A stretch of 64,000 bases of DNA from Candidatus Moraniibacteriota bacterium (GCA_027031495.1 JALVQA010000004.1:56070-120069); one strand, 5' to 3'. Counted from the first letter of the stretch, positions 39,493 to 50,019 are shown. Numbers and translations are program-made. Notes: a model not told the origin generated them from the letters alone.

Positions 39493-40366
39493 ATGTTCCA
39501 CGTGGAACATTGCATACGCATAAAAAGACTTCCTCTTTCTAGCAATAAATATCAATTTTATATGGAAATGTAATTTTCTCTGTGATAGTGTATTTATTAT
39601 ATATTTAGTTTTCTATTTGATCTATTGGCACGATATTACTCCTGCAGCATCTTTTGCGATTACCTATCATGTAAAATTATTAATCTGTATTTCTTAGGCG
39701 CTTTGTATATTGCATATTTAATATATTGGGTCGCTTAATATGTTCCACGTGGAACAATTACGTTGAGTGTGTTACTTTTTAAACAATAAAATGTTCCACG
39801 TGGAACATTATTAAAGTAGTAAATTATTATTCGTATAAAAAGTTACTTTACTAAGATTTTTTATTTTTGGGCGTGTAAATAATGCTGAACAAAAATATTT
39901 TTTATTTCTAAATGGTTCAGAACATACCGGCATACACTCTATTATATAGACGTCTTTATATCTTTTGTGACAAAAAAAGAAAATTGTTCCACGTGGAACA
40001 ATATGCAAGTATTTTTGCATTTTTACGAACCAAATAATAAAGATGGTAATAAGCAACTGCTTTTTTGCGCTGAACATTTTTTATAGGACGCTGTTACTAC
40101 TTTTTAATCAATTATGTTCCACGTGGAACATAATGTCACACGCTTTTTACTTTATGTAAATTTTTGTAGAAAAACTATATTCTTTTGTTATGCTAGATGA
40201 TTCGGTTTTTGTTGATTTGTATAGTGTTGTAATTCTTTTTTTTAAGTAATAATGTTCCACGTGGAACATTTTACTGTTAAAAAAATAAGAATAAAATTTC
40301 TTTTATGTATTCATATTTTTTTGTTTATTTTTTAAAAAAAAGCTTCCCATTGTTCCACGTGGAACA
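39493..40366. repeat. Array of seven identical parS-like 16-bp palindromes TGTTCCACGTGGAACA in a 0.9-kb AT-rich intergenic region
   Basis: Exact copies start at 39493, 39741, 39792, 39985, 40115, 40253 and 40351. Each extends to a 20-bp palindrome A(T/A)TGTTCCACGTGGAACA(A/T)T. Flanking sequence is otherwise unrelated, and the track shows no convincing ORF in 39345-40786. Confidence 0.7.
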
Positions 40367-40786
40367 ATGGGAAATTAATTGTTCTTTGCTTTTCTTTATT
40401 TAGTTAATTTTGATCATGTGCCAACAGAAGGAGAAATGCAGCATATTTCTTAAAACATAGAATATTATTGTTTATCATATAATATCATATATATTGTAGT
40501 ACCTCCATCTTTGTGTATGATAACATCATACATTTACATATGATGTTATACGCTCAAATAGCTCCACTTTGTCATACGTTATATGATTATTGATGCATTG
40601 TGAGATGTGTGCCAAGCCAATAATTTGACATTGTTTCATTTATATTCTATAAATTATTGACTTTATACATAATGTATGCTAATATATTGGTAGGAATAGA
40701 AAAAATGGGTGATTCTCTGTGTAAGGCGTATAAGCGCAACACGGAGTCACCCGTTTTTTAGTCTGATATTCTACTATTACATTGCG

Positions 40787-41668
40787 ATGCGCATTATGCA
40801 AAAAGAAAAACAAAAAAGAAAAATTTATATATTCCGTGATGGTGGCAAGGCATTTGCTTTTATGTACATGCTCTTTCTGCTGTTTTTTGTTGGCGTGTCT
40901 ATCTCGTATGGTAGTGAAGACATTACGGCGCAAAAGATCCTTTCTCTCATTAACAAAGAGCGTATGCAGAGAGGGCTGACACCATTAAGAATGAATGCAA
41001 AATTGCGTGTAGCCGCTGAAAACAAAGTGCGCGATATGGTGCGTCGTAAGTATTTTTCGCATAACGATCCTGATGGTAATGCGCCATGGAAATGGATACG
41101 AAATGCTGGTTACAATTATGCTTTTGCCGGTGAAAATCTTGCAATTGGCTTTACAGATAGCAAAAAACAACATGATGCATGGATGAAAAGTGCGCTTCAC
41201 CGGCGTAATATTCTCAATGCGCAATACAGGGATACCGGTATTGCCACTACGATCGGTACTATTCGTGGCACGCGAGAGCTTGTTGTTGTGCAGTTTTTTG
41301 GTAGGCGTGTTGGTGATGTTGCATCATTTCTTCCAGAAAGTGGTCGGTCTGTGCCGGAGCGTTCGGTGCGCACGCTCTCTCCGCGTGTAAATGGTGCATT
41401 TGCGGAGCGCTTTGGTGTCAGCAATGATGGGCATATATTTAACATGCAAATACGTGACTTCTTCACTGCTGTCGTCAGTAAGGTCAATGCTATGCTTGAT
41501 AACGTAGATACTGTTTTAAGCACCGCACTATCATCAAGGAGCGTGTTAATGCACTATAGCGCGCTAGCTCTTGTTATCATACAGAGTATTGTAAGTTTTG
41601 CTGTGGTTATAAGTATCTTTATTCGCGCACGACGCCGTGCTATTGATCTGGATAGTACCATGTTGTAG
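40787..41668 (+). CDS. CAP/SCP/PR-1 family protein (YkwD-like) with signal peptide and C-terminal TM anchor
   Basis: LINKERMQRGLTPLRMNAKLRVAAENKVRDM..YFSHNDPDG..GENLAIGFTDSKKQHDAWMKSALHRRNILN is a CAP-domain signature. The start is uncertain (40787 or 40862). Confidence 0.65.
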   Translation: MRIMQKEKQKRKIYIFRDGGKAFAFMYMLFLLFFVGVSISYGSEDITAQKILSLINKERMQRGLTPLRMNAKLRVAAENKVRDMVRRKYFSHNDPDGNAPWKWIRNAGYNYAFAGENLAIGFTDSKKQHDAWMKSALHRRNILNAQYRDTGIATTIGTIRGTRELVVVQFFGRRVGDVASFLPESGRSVPERSVRTLSPRVNGAFAERFGVSNDGHIFNMQIRDFFTAVVSKVNAMLDNVDTVLSTALSSRSVLMHYSALALVIIQSIVSFAVVISIFIRARRRAIDLDSTML

Positions 41669-41716
41669 AATCAAAGCACTATTGTGGTAATGTTTTTGTC
41701 TTTAATCTAAAAAAGA

Positions 41717-43033
41717 ATGGATCATTTTGTCGTACATGGTGGAAAGAAACTGTCTGGCTCAATTGCCGTTAACACATCAAAAAATGCAGCTGTTGCACTT
41801 GTTATGGGCGCACTCATTAATCGCGGTAAAACAACATTGCGCAATGTGCCACGTATTGAAGAGGTTGAGCGTCTCATAGAGGTTTTGAAGAGTATTGGTG
41901 TAAAGATAACACGTGAGGGGCGAGATGTATGCATTATTCCGCCAAAGAGGATAAGTTTAAAAAATATTGATCGCGTTGCTGCAATGCGGACGCGGAGTAT
42001 TATCTTTTTGTTACCAGTTCTTGCGCGCTTTTTAAAAAAATACAAAATTCCACAATCCGGTGGTTGCCGTCTCGGTGCGCGCAGTGTTGCGCCACATGCG
42101 TACGCGCTGGAATCTTTTGGTATTGATGTTGTGGCGACGCGAACGGATTTTAGCGTGCACGCGCGACTCAGTCTGCCACAACGTACGGTTGTACTCTATG
42201 AATCTGGTGATACGGTAACGGAAAATGTGCTTTTTGCTGCCGCTCAGATACCGGGGCGTACGGAGATACACATGGCAAGTGCCAATTACATGGTGCAAGA
42301 TGTTTGTTTTTTCTTGCAAAAACTCGGTGTGAAGATAACTGGTATTGGAACGACACGCCTTGTTGTTGAAGGATGCGCCGATATTAATCGTGATGTTACT
42401 TACGAAGTAAGCGAGGACCCTATTGAGGCGATGCTATTTATTGCAACGGCAATAACAACGCGCTCAAAACTGACAATTACACGTTGCCCAATTGATTTTT
42501 TGGAGCTTGAATTGGAAAAATTACGTCGCATGGGCCTCATTTTTGACGTGAGCAATACTTACAAAGCACGCAATGGCAAGACGCGTCTTGTTGATATTAC
42601 CATATATCCGTCACATCTAAAGGCACTTCGTGAAAAGATCTATGGACGGCCATTTCCCGGCATTAACATTGATAATGTGCCATTCTTTGCACCAATTGCC
42701 GCTGTTGCGCAAGGGCGTACACTCATACATGACTGGGTTTATGAGAATCGCTCTATTTATTTTACGGAGCTGTCACGGCTCGGTGTCAGTGTAACCCTTC
42801 TTGATCCACATCGTGTCTATATTGAGGGACCAACAAAACTTATGCCGGCAGAGATGATGTCGCCACCAGCACTGCGTCCTGCTGCCATTATTCTTGTGGC
42901 GATGCTTGGCGCAAAAGGAACATCAATGTTGCGCAACGTCTATCAAATTAATCGTGGGTACGAGAATCTTACGGAGCGCTTACGCTCAATTGGCGCCGGT
43001 GTTGAACTTGTCAACGATACGTGCAGTGTGTAA
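41717..43033 (+). CDS. murA: UDP-N-acetylglucosamine 1-carboxyvinyltransferase MurA
   Basis: It is EPT-family: GGKKLSGSIAVNTSKNAAVALVMGALINRGKTTLRNVPRIEEV with an overall two-domain pattern. The protein is 438 aa. Confidence 0.85.
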   Translation: MDHFVVHGGKKLSGSIAVNTSKNAAVALVMGALINRGKTTLRNVPRIEEVERLIEVLKSIGVKITREGRDVCIIPPKRISLKNIDRVAAMRTRSIIFLLPVLARFLKKYKIPQSGGCRLGARSVAPHAYALESFGIDVVATRTDFSVHARLSLPQRTVVLYESGDTVTENVLFAAAQIPGRTEIHMASANYMVQDVCFFLQKLGVKITGIGTTRLVVEGCADINRDVTYEVSEDPIEAMLFIATAITTRSKLTITRCPIDFLELELEKLRRMGLIFDVSNTYKARNGKTRLVDITIYPSHLKALREKIYGRPFPGINIDNVPFFAPIAAVAQGRTLIHDWVYENRSIYFTELSRLGVSVTLLDPHRVYIEGPTKLMPAEMMSPPALRPAAIILVAMLGAKGTSMLRNVYQINRGYENLTERLRSIGAGVELVNDTCSV

Positions 43034-43088
43034 GGGTATGCTATAATACTATACAATCCGTATTTTCTTAATTTGTATAGAGTGGAGC

Positions 43089-44102
43089 ATGTCTTTTTTT
43101 ACAACGAAAATCGGTATTGATCTTGGTACGGCGAATACGCTTGTTTTTGTGCCGGGTAAGGGTATTGTTGCAAACGAACCGTCGGTTGTTGCAATATCAA
43201 TTGTGGAAAATAGTGTCATTGCCGTTGGTAATGAAGCAAAAGAAATGCTTGGTCGCACGCCGGATCAAATTATGACAAGCCGTCCATTGCGTGATGGTGC
43301 AATTGCTGATTATCGCATAACAGAGGCAATGTTGCGCTATTTTATAGGCAAGGTTGTGAAAAAATACCAGCCATTTCGTGCTGAAGTTCTCGTTTCCATT
43401 CCTGCCGGCATCACATCAACGGAGCGTCGCGCTGTCATTGATGCTGCCATAAAGGCTGGCGCAAAGCGCGCATACGTTGTCAAGGAGCCAATTCTTGCCG
43501 CGCTTGGCGCGAATATTCCCATTCATGGACCGCAGGGGAATATGATTATTGATATTGGCGGTGGCACAACGGAAATCGCAATTTTATCGCTTGGTGGCAT
43601 TGTGGCTGCGACAAGTGCGCGCGTCGGTGGCGATCGCTTTGATCAAGCAATCATTGACTATATCAAGCGCAATCACAGTTTTGCCATTGGTGAGCGCACT
43701 GCCGAAGAAATTAAGAAAAAAATTGGTTCCGCAATCCTTTTTGCTAAAGAAGAAATAATGGAGGTACGTGGACGCGATTTAACGGGTGGTCTGCCGCGTA
43801 CAATTAAAATCACATCTACGGAAGTGACGGAAGCATTGCAGGATGAATTACGTGAAGTTATTAATGCTATCCGTAAGGTGCTGCAAGAAACACCACCGGA
43901 GTTGGCGGCAGATATTATGGATAAAGGCATGATTCTTTCCGGCGGTGGCGCGCTTTTACGTAATCTTGATCGCCTCATCACAAAAACGATTGGCGTGCCG
44001 TGTTTTATTGCAGAAGACCCACAGCTTTGTGTGGCGCGCGGCACAAGTATGGTGCTTGAGCATCTTGATGTTTACAAACGTTCTCTACTTGTTGATAAAT
44101 AA
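43089..44102 (+). CDS. mreB: Rod-shape determining actin homolog MreB
   Basis: IGIDLGTANTLVFVPGKGIVANEPSVVAI, DIGGGTTEIAILSLGGIV and the other actin-fold phosphate motifs are present. Confidence 0.95.
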   Translation: MSFFTTKIGIDLGTANTLVFVPGKGIVANEPSVVAISIVENSVIAVGNEAKEMLGRTPDQIMTSRPLRDGAIADYRITEAMLRYFIGKVVKKYQPFRAEVLVSIPAGITSTERRAVIDAAIKAGAKRAYVVKEPILAALGANIPIHGPQGNMIIDIGGGTTEIAILSLGGIVAATSARVGGDRFDQAIIDYIKRNHSFAIGERTAEEIKKKIGSAILFAKEEIMEVRGRDLTGGLPRTIKITSTEVTEALQDELREVINAIRKVLQETPPELAADIMDKGMILSGGGALLRNLDRLITKTIGVPCFIAEDPQLCVARGTSMVLEHLDVYKRSLLVDK

Positions 44103-45384
44103 GTCTAGTGTTTTTTCTATCGTCTTTTTCATTCTGTATGCTCGCAAGTAACACAAGGAGCCAAAAAATAAGCGCAAGATCATTTTTCCAGTAGGGCGTG
44201 TCAACAAGCCCATGTATCATAATGATGCCAAGTGCACACATAGCACCGAGTACAATGATATCATCTTTTGCGTATTTTTTCTTTTGTACAATGCAAATGT
44301 ACTTTTTACCTATGAGCAATACGACAAGTATAAAGCCACAGAGGCCGATTATGCCAGTCTGAAGCCAAAAAGCAAGAAAGAGATTGTGTGGTTGTGGAAC
44401 TGCCCATTCCGGATAAGGTGGGTAGTTTTTTTGATATGCAAGGTAGACAAATTGAAAATTACCTGGTCCAACACCAAAAAGCGGGTGATCCGCAATAATG
44501 TCAGTGGCAACATGCCAGATTACATATCGTGATGCGAGAGAAGAGTGGTGTGAATATGTAAAGAAGTCTTGTATGCGTGGTGTGCGCCAAAGTGTAGCAA
44601 GTACAAGGGAAAATATTAGGGAAAGTGCGAGCATGCTACCGGTAAACATACGCCATGACCGATAGTATGATGCGAAAAAAAGCACAAGGCCACCACTTGC
44701 CGCGATAATGCCGCCAAGGGAGCGTGTGAGTACAAGTACGATGCCGGTAAGTATAAGTGCAAAGACGATAAATATATACGTTTTCCTTGAGTGATGATAA
44801 TGTCGTACCAATATATAATCGGTAAACATGAGTGGAATAATCGGTGCCAGTGACATGGCAAGGTGATTAGGGGAGAGGTAGAACGCGCGCAAACGGTGGT
44901 CATAGGTAAAAATATCTAAAAAAGCATAAATAATTGCTGCAGTAGCGACAAAGGCACCACCGACGATTAGCGCACGGAAGATGTGTATGCGCGAGATGAT
45001 TGCGTGCCGCAGCGCATAGTGCACGCAGAGCAAAAACACAAACGGCACCACAAACCACCCCTTCACAATTCCAAGTCCGGTGTGCCACGCGCCGCCGGCG
45101 GCTGTAGAGAGAAATGTGCCTATAGTCATGAGCGTCCACGCTATAAGCACAATCCGCAGCGGCGTGTTATCTCGCAAAAAGTGCTGAAAGCACCTGCGCG
45201 CGCCACTCTTTGTTTTTGTGCCCCAAGCGTGCCACAGTGTTATACCGACGATTATTAACACCAATACCTCCAATACATTTGTTGGTATGTCAAAAATGGA
45301 AAATCGTATCAGATATAGTGGTGATGCAAGAATTGTGAGCGGAATTAGTGTGCGAAGGGTAATTTTTGTAAAATGATGTAGCAT
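44005..45384 (-). CDS. O-antigen ligase / Wzy_C-family polytopic membrane protein
   Basis: It has 10 or more TM helices and a periplasmic loop with QPHNLFLAFWLQTGIIGL. Its 3' end overlaps the mreB 3' end by 98 bp (convergent), so the true stop may be earlier. Confidence 0.6.
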   Translation of the reverse strand: MLHHFTKITLRTLIPLTILASPLYLIRFSIFDIPTNVLEVLVLIIVGITLWHAWGTKTKSGARRCFQHFLRDNTPLRIVLIAWTLMTIGTFLSTAAGGAWHTGLGIVKGWFVVPFVFLLCVHYALRHAIISRIHIFRALIVGGAFVATAAIIYAFLDIFTYDHRLRAFYLSPNHLAMSLAPIIPLMFTDYILVRHYHHSRKTYIFIVFALILTGIVLVLTRSLGGIIAASGGLVLFFASYYRSWRMFTGSMLALSLIFSLVLATLWRTPRIQDFFTYSHHSSLASRYVIWHVATDIIADHPLFGVGPGNFQFVYLAYQKNYPPYPEWAVPQPHNLFLAFWLQTGIIGLCGFILVVLLIGKKYICIVQKKKYAKDDIIVLGAMCALGIIMIHGLVDTPYWKNDLALIFWLLVLLASIQNEKDDRKNTRLIYQQVENVCKHQDAQAPYLCRAPHKAVGLLQ

Positions 45385-46200
45385 TTATTGTAGCGGACTT
45401 TTAATATTTTTTAGCTTTGGATTTGTTATTTTGGCGTATATTTGTGTCGTGCGGATATTTGTGTGTCCCAGAAGCTCTTGAACATAGCGCATATCGGTGC
45501 CATTTTCAAGGAGGTGAGTAGCAAAAGAATGTCGCAGAGAATGAAAAGTGGCAGGTTTTTTAATCTGTGCTTTTATCAGGCTCTTGCGAAACATTTTTTG
45601 CAATGAAGTGGTTGTCAGTTTATCGCCACGATTAGAACCGAAGACAAAATCGTTCGCATTTTTCCCGGCAATAATATTCCGCAAGTCATTTTGCAGCCTC
45701 TCGGGTAGTACTGAGATCCTGTCTTTCTTTCCCTTTGCCTCTTTGATATGCACTATCAGTTCATCAATATCCAAATCGACCACACGCAAGTTAATGACTT
45801 CGCTAACACGCAATCCACAGGCATAGCCGAGTGAAATCATAAGGCGGTATTTTACATTATCAGTTGCGTTGATAATTTTTTCAATTTCTTCTCGCGACAA
45901 AACAACTGGCAATTTCTTATTTCTTTTGGCAAATTTTAAATCAATCTTCTGTGGATCTTTCAAAACTTCCGCATATAAAAATTTTACGGCATTGAGTGCA
46001 AGGTTGATGGTTTGTGGAGATTGCTTGCGTTTATGCTTATCAAGCAAAAATTCCTCAATAGCTTTTCGCTTATCTTTGATTCTGTTTTTCTTAGAAAAGG
46101 TGATATAATCTTTAATGTAAAGCAAATAGGCTTTACGCGTTTTAGGGGAGTAGTTGCGCAGTCGCAACAGCCGGTCGGTTTTCTCTAAAATTTTATCCAT
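45385..46200 (-). CDS. Tyrosine site-specific recombinase (XerC/XerD-like integrase)
   Basis: The C-terminal catalytic motifs are HSLRHSFATHLLENGTDMRYVQELLGHTNIRTTQIYAKI (R..H..R..Y). The N-terminal core-binding domain is present. Confidence 0.85.
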   Translation of the reverse strand: MDKILEKTDRLLRLRNYSPKTRKAYLLYIKDYITFSKKNRIKDKRKAIEEFLLDKHKRKQSPQTINLALNAVKFLYAEVLKDPQKIDLKFAKRNKKLPVVLSREEIEKIINATDNVKYRLMISLGYACGLRVSEVINLRVVDLDIDELIVHIKEAKGKKDRISVLPERLQNDLRNIIAGKNANDFVFGSNRGDKLTTTSLQKMFRKSLIKAQIKKPATFHSLRHSFATHLLENGTDMRYVQELLGHTNIRTTQIYAKITNPKLKNIKSPLQ

Positions 46201-46349
46201 ACAGGAATTGTAGCAAAAGTTTGTATAACATACAATCTTTTGCTACAATTCAGACGTAGAGTGTAGATAAAAACCAGTTATATTCAATTACGAGCCAGCC
46301 AGCCATACAAAGCATTACATTTATATAATTTAATCAAATATCAATTCTT

Positions 46350-46757
46350 ATGAGTGAATTTAATCATGTTGCAAAAAATCTTCAAGAAGAAAAGAAAGTA
46401 GTTTTTACTGCCCAATCTTGCAAGAACTTCCATCAAAGAATGTTAATCTGTAAGCACGCCTTTGAACAAGGTGTTATTCCCATAAACCCTTTTAATGTAT
46501 TCGGTTATTATCTCTATGAATTAGTTGAAAGAGACTTAGTTAGAAATGGAAATAATAACCTCATGAAAAGATGTGATGAATTATGGGTTTATGGAGAAAT
46601 TAGTGATGGAGTTCTTGCTGAAATTCAAATGTTTAAAAAATTAGGCAAACCTATAAGATTTTTTGACATTTCAAAATTACCTAAAGAAGTCAAAGAGATT
46701 TCTAAACACGAATTGATATTTGAAGATGAAGTAAGAGAATTTGCTGATTCTATCTAA
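46350..46757 (+). CDS. Hypothetical cytoplasmic protein (135 aa) bracketed by a 13-bp perfect inverted repeat
   Basis: It is AT-rich. TTACGAGCCAGCC (46288-46300) upstream pairs with GGCTGGCTCGTAA (46760-46772) immediately after the stop. Confidence 0.45.
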   Translation: MSEFNHVAKNLQEEKKVVFTAQSCKNFHQRMLICKHAFEQGVIPINPFNVFGYYLYELVERDLVRNGNNNLMKRCDELWVYGEISDGVLAEIQMFKKLGKPIRFFDISKLPKEVKEISKHELIFEDEVREFADSI

Positions 46758-46944
46758 CGGGCTGGCTCGTAACTCTGAAATTTTCCTTCGGAACGTTGCA
46801 CTAAATTTCAGCCATTCGGGGAATATAACAAGGGATATGAGGTTACGAAGTCTTGCAGACTTCTTCACCCAAATTGCTATCGCAACTTCAGATATTCAGA
46901 AACGTTATATGAAATAAAATTTTAATTTTAACCACATTCAAAAA

Positions 46945-47289
46945 ATGAAAAAAATAAATCTGATTGTAATTTCAAAGATAATAGCATCCATTATTCTAAT
47001 ATGTCAGTTCATCCCTTCTACTTGGTGGACAATATTTGTTATGTGGGCATACTCTGACTTAGCAAATTTACTATCTTTCCCATTGGAATACCTTTTATTG
47101 ATTGGTATGTATTTAATGCCACTATCTTTTTCTATCTTTTCTATTTTATATTCTAAACATTTCTACTCTGATAATAACTATAAAAAATATATAAGTAGAT
47201 TGTTATTTGTTTTCAATTTGTTATTACTCATTTTTATGATTCACTTTTTCATTTCAGCAGGGATTGGAATGTATCCGGCATTTGACTAA
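46945..47289 (+). CDS. Hypothetical small membrane protein (114 aa)
   Basis: It has 3-4 hydrophobic helices and sits in the AT-rich islet next to the recombinase. Confidence 0.4.
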   Translation: MKKINLIVISKIIASIILICQFIPSTWWTIFVMWAYSDLANLLSFPLEYLLLIGMYLMPLSFSIFSILYSKHFYSDNNYKKYISRLLFVFNLLLLIFMIHFFISAGIGMYPAFD

Positions 47290-47836
47290 AGCTAACGAAA
47301 ATTAAAAATTTACGTCATATAACAGCGTGTATCCGGTTCGGCAGATTTGACGCAATTAGGTTCAAAAGGAATGTCAAATCAGCCTCTCCCAAATTTCGCA
47401 AAAAACAATTAGATTTTGGTCTAGGATACTTTAGCACCTAAACCATGCTAAAATGGTTAGCTACTCTTGTGCCTATGATTGATATTGGTCGCGTTGGTGG
47501 ACGCATTGAACATGACGAAGAGTCAGAGATTGTCTTATGAGGGAAATTCGCGAAGAGATTGTGTGATACTAAAAAACAGCGCCACCATCTTAAATCAGTA
47601 CAGGAGAAAGAGGATACAGATGTAGAAGATTATATCTTTGCTACAGAATTGTCCGAGGACGTTGATGAATTAAGTTTACACGAAGGACGCGCTATGCGGT
47701 TCTTTGCGCTCGGGGAGCTATTAGTTTTGGATATTGTGCGCCACACTATAGGAGTGTCATTATCAACTTCTTAAACCATAGACATGGTGATAAATAGTGT
47801 GGGCTTTTAGCTTTAGGCGCTATTTGTTCTGAGGGA

Positions 47837-49108
47837 TTAATCACTTCCCTTTGCGTAGGTGCTTGCGGCAAGGATGATGAGGAGAAGGGGGAGCGTGTGA
47901 ACGCTAAAGAGCATGGTGTCAAAGAGTCCGTGCGTGCTGAGAATGACAAGACTTGTGGCGCCGGCGAGACCGTGAGCGCGTGGATGGTAGCGCAGGAAGC
48001 GCGCAATGGCGGTGAGAATAAGCGCAATCCAGATGAGTGCTGTGAAGATGCCTGTTTCTGCAGCAATGTCCAGGTAGAGGTTGTGTGCGTAGTACGGGTC
48101 GCGGTAGTCAGCCTGCGGATTGACGGTGAGGGGATAGTTACCAAGACCGACGCCGAGAAGCGGATGGTCTATGATGATGTTGGCGGCATCCCGCCAAATG
48201 AGAACGCGCTGGGTGATGGAGGAGTCCGGGTTGCTGATGATGGAAAAGGCGCGTGCGCCAAGAGGTGTGCTAAAGAGAAGAATGCCAACAACACCAAGTG
48301 TGCCAAGTGTAGTGAGGAAGAGTTTGCGCACAGAGATGGTGCGCGCTCGGATAAGGAGCGTTGCAACTGCAAAGAGTGCGCCAACAAAGAGTGCGACGTA
48401 GGCGCCACGTGTGAACGTGGTGAGTGTGGCGCCGATGAGAAGCGCACTGCCAATGAGCCACAGTAGACGTTTCTTGCGTGTGTGTGCAGTGACGGCGGCA
48501 GCCAGCGCGAATGGTACAAGCATCTCAAAGAAGAACGCGGCCACGTGCGGATCTGGGAAGAAGCCGACGGCGCGCAGGTAGTCTGTGCCGGCGATGTTGA
48601 CGTAGGCGCTGGAGTACGTCGCGACCGTGTGCGCAAACGTCTGCCCGAGGAAGAGTGGTGCGATAAGCGCTCCCCAGAAGTGCATAACGGCATCTGCACC
48701 AACAATAAACTGCGCCGCCCATAGGGTGAGTGCGATGGCGGCAGCGGCGATGCCACCAAGAAGTGCCGTGCGCAGCAGCTGTGCCGCTGCTGCCCACGAG
48801 CGTACCGTGCCGGTAATGACAAAAAACAGCACAAAGAAATTCAGAAGAAATATGAATTTTCGTATAAACCATGTGTAGTCGTGTGCATTGAAAGATGAAA
48901 GAAGTGTGCTTGCGAGAAAGGCGGCAATGAGCAGTGGGATAGATGAGCGTGTAAAAGAAAGTGTACTGGTGACGGTAATGTGTATAAGAAAGGCAAAAAA
49001 GGCAAATGTGATAAGAATGCGAATGAGCGCAATATCAAAACCGCTCAATGGCGAAAGAGCTATCTGAAATGGAATAATAAATGCTAAGAGTGTGAGAAAT
49101 TTCTGCAT
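47837..49108 (-). CDS. O-antigen ligase (WaaL/Wzy_C family) encoded in a strikingly GC-rich segment
   Basis: TFTRGAYVALFVGALF and HAHNLYLDIAAETGI are Wzy_C signatures. Local GC is roughly 55-65% against about 40% for the flanks, hence the many spurious overlapping ORFs on both strands. Confidence 0.7.
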   Translation of the reverse strand: MQKFLTLLAFIIPFQIALSPLSGFDIALIRILITFAFFAFLIHITVTSTLSFTRSSIPLLIAAFLASTLLSSFNAHDYTWFIRKFIFLLNFFVLFFVITGTVRSWAAAAQLLRTALLGGIAAAAIALTLWAAQFIVGADAVMHFWGALIAPLFLGQTFAHTVATYSSAYVNIAGTDYLRAVGFFPDPHVAAFFFEMLVPFALAAAVTAHTRKKRLLWLIGSALLIGATLTTFTRGAYVALFVGALFAVATLLIRARTISVRKLFLTTLGTLGVVGILLFSTPLGARAFSIISNPDSSITQRVLIWRDAANIIIDHPLLGVGLGNYPLTVNPQADYRDPYYAHNLYLDIAAETGIFTALIWIALILTAIARFLRYHPRAHGLAGATSLVILSTHGLFDTMLFSVHTLPLLLIILAASTYAKGSD

Positions 49109-49143
49109 GATAATACAAACGGCTTCTTTTCAGAGTAGCATGT

Positions 49144-50019
49144 TTAGCGCCATCGTCGCCAGAGTGCGCGCATAATACGCTGTGCTGTTGCGTAAAGAAT
49201 AGTATGGTGCGTACGAAAATAGAGGTCTTGCCCAGTATCGTAATGACGTTTTTGTTCTGTAAAACTTGCAAAACTCTGACCACTTTTATGAATGACTGTT
49301 ACGCGTGGATCAAAAATAATCTTTCTCTTTTGTTTTTTAAGGCGTGTGCAGAGATCAGTGTCTTCAAAATAGAGAAAGTAGCGCTCATCAAAACTGCCAA
49401 TTGACATAAAATCATGTACCCGTACGAACATTGCCGCGCCACTAACCCAGTCAACGGATGTTGGCGTTGATGGCAATTTTCTTTTGAGAATTTTTTCGCG
49501 CAAAATACGCAAGAGTGTCGGTTTTTTGCCGGCGCAGTAAGGATCGTATACACCGTGTTCATCTACGAGTTGTGGTGCAACAACGGCAACAGACCTGTCG
49601 ACAAAGTGTGTAAAGAGTGGCGCAACTGTTTGTATAAGAAATGCATCGGGGTTAAGAATTGCATGAATGTGAACATATTTCTCTGCAGAATATTTTTGTG
49701 CAATGGTTGCAATAGCACGATTGTGACCGGCGCCAAAGCCGCGATTTTTTTGTGCAATGATAGTAAGTGGCAGTGTAGTTTTCAGAGAGAGGTTTTCATG
49801 TGAGTGATTGACGACAATTATCTCTGCGAGATGTGGAATGTAGTGTTCCGCACGTGCAACGCACTCTTTTATGATTTTTGCGGTGTTAAAATTGACGATA
49901 CTCGCCGTTACGATGAAGCGTTGCTCTTTAGCAGTGGGAGATGTAGTGTTTGCGCGCGTTGCGGAAATCTTTGAATGCGCGACGGACGTGTGGTGCAAGT
50001 TTTTTGTCGGATGGGGCAT
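49144..50019 (-). CDS. Family 2 glycosyltransferase
   Basis: FIVTASIVNFNTAKIIKECV...IIVVNHSHENLS...NRGFGAGHNRA is a GT2 fold (DxD context). The listed start overlaps the upstream gene by 92 bp, so the true start is probably a later non-ATG codon. Confidence 0.75.
   Translation of the reverse strand: MPHPTKNLHHTSVAHSKISATRANTTSPTAKEQRFIVTASIVNFNTAKIIKECVARAEHYIPHLAEIIVVNHSHENLSLKTTLPLTIIAQKNRGFGAGHNRAIATIAQKYSAEKYVHIHAILNPDAFLIQTVAPLFTHFVDRSVAVVAPQLVDEHGVYDPYCAGKKPTLLRILREKILKRKLPSTPTSVDWVSGAAMFVRVHDFMSIGSFDERYFLYFEDTDLCTRLKKQKRKIIFDPRVTVIHKSGQSFASFTEQKRHYDTGQDLYFRTHHTILYATAQRIMRALWRRWR

Noticed and set aside
39493-40366. Repeated 16-20-bp palindrome considered as a CRISPR array
   Set aside because: The repeat units are perfect palindromes of only 16-20 bp, and spacing is irregular (55-250 bp). 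No cas genes are nearby. The sequence matches the parS centromere consensus instead.
47897-48878. Stack of 60-220-aa ORFs on both strands
   Set aside because: They are artefacts of the GC-rich O-antigen-ligase gene (few stop codons in any frame). Only the 423-aa frame has family motifs.
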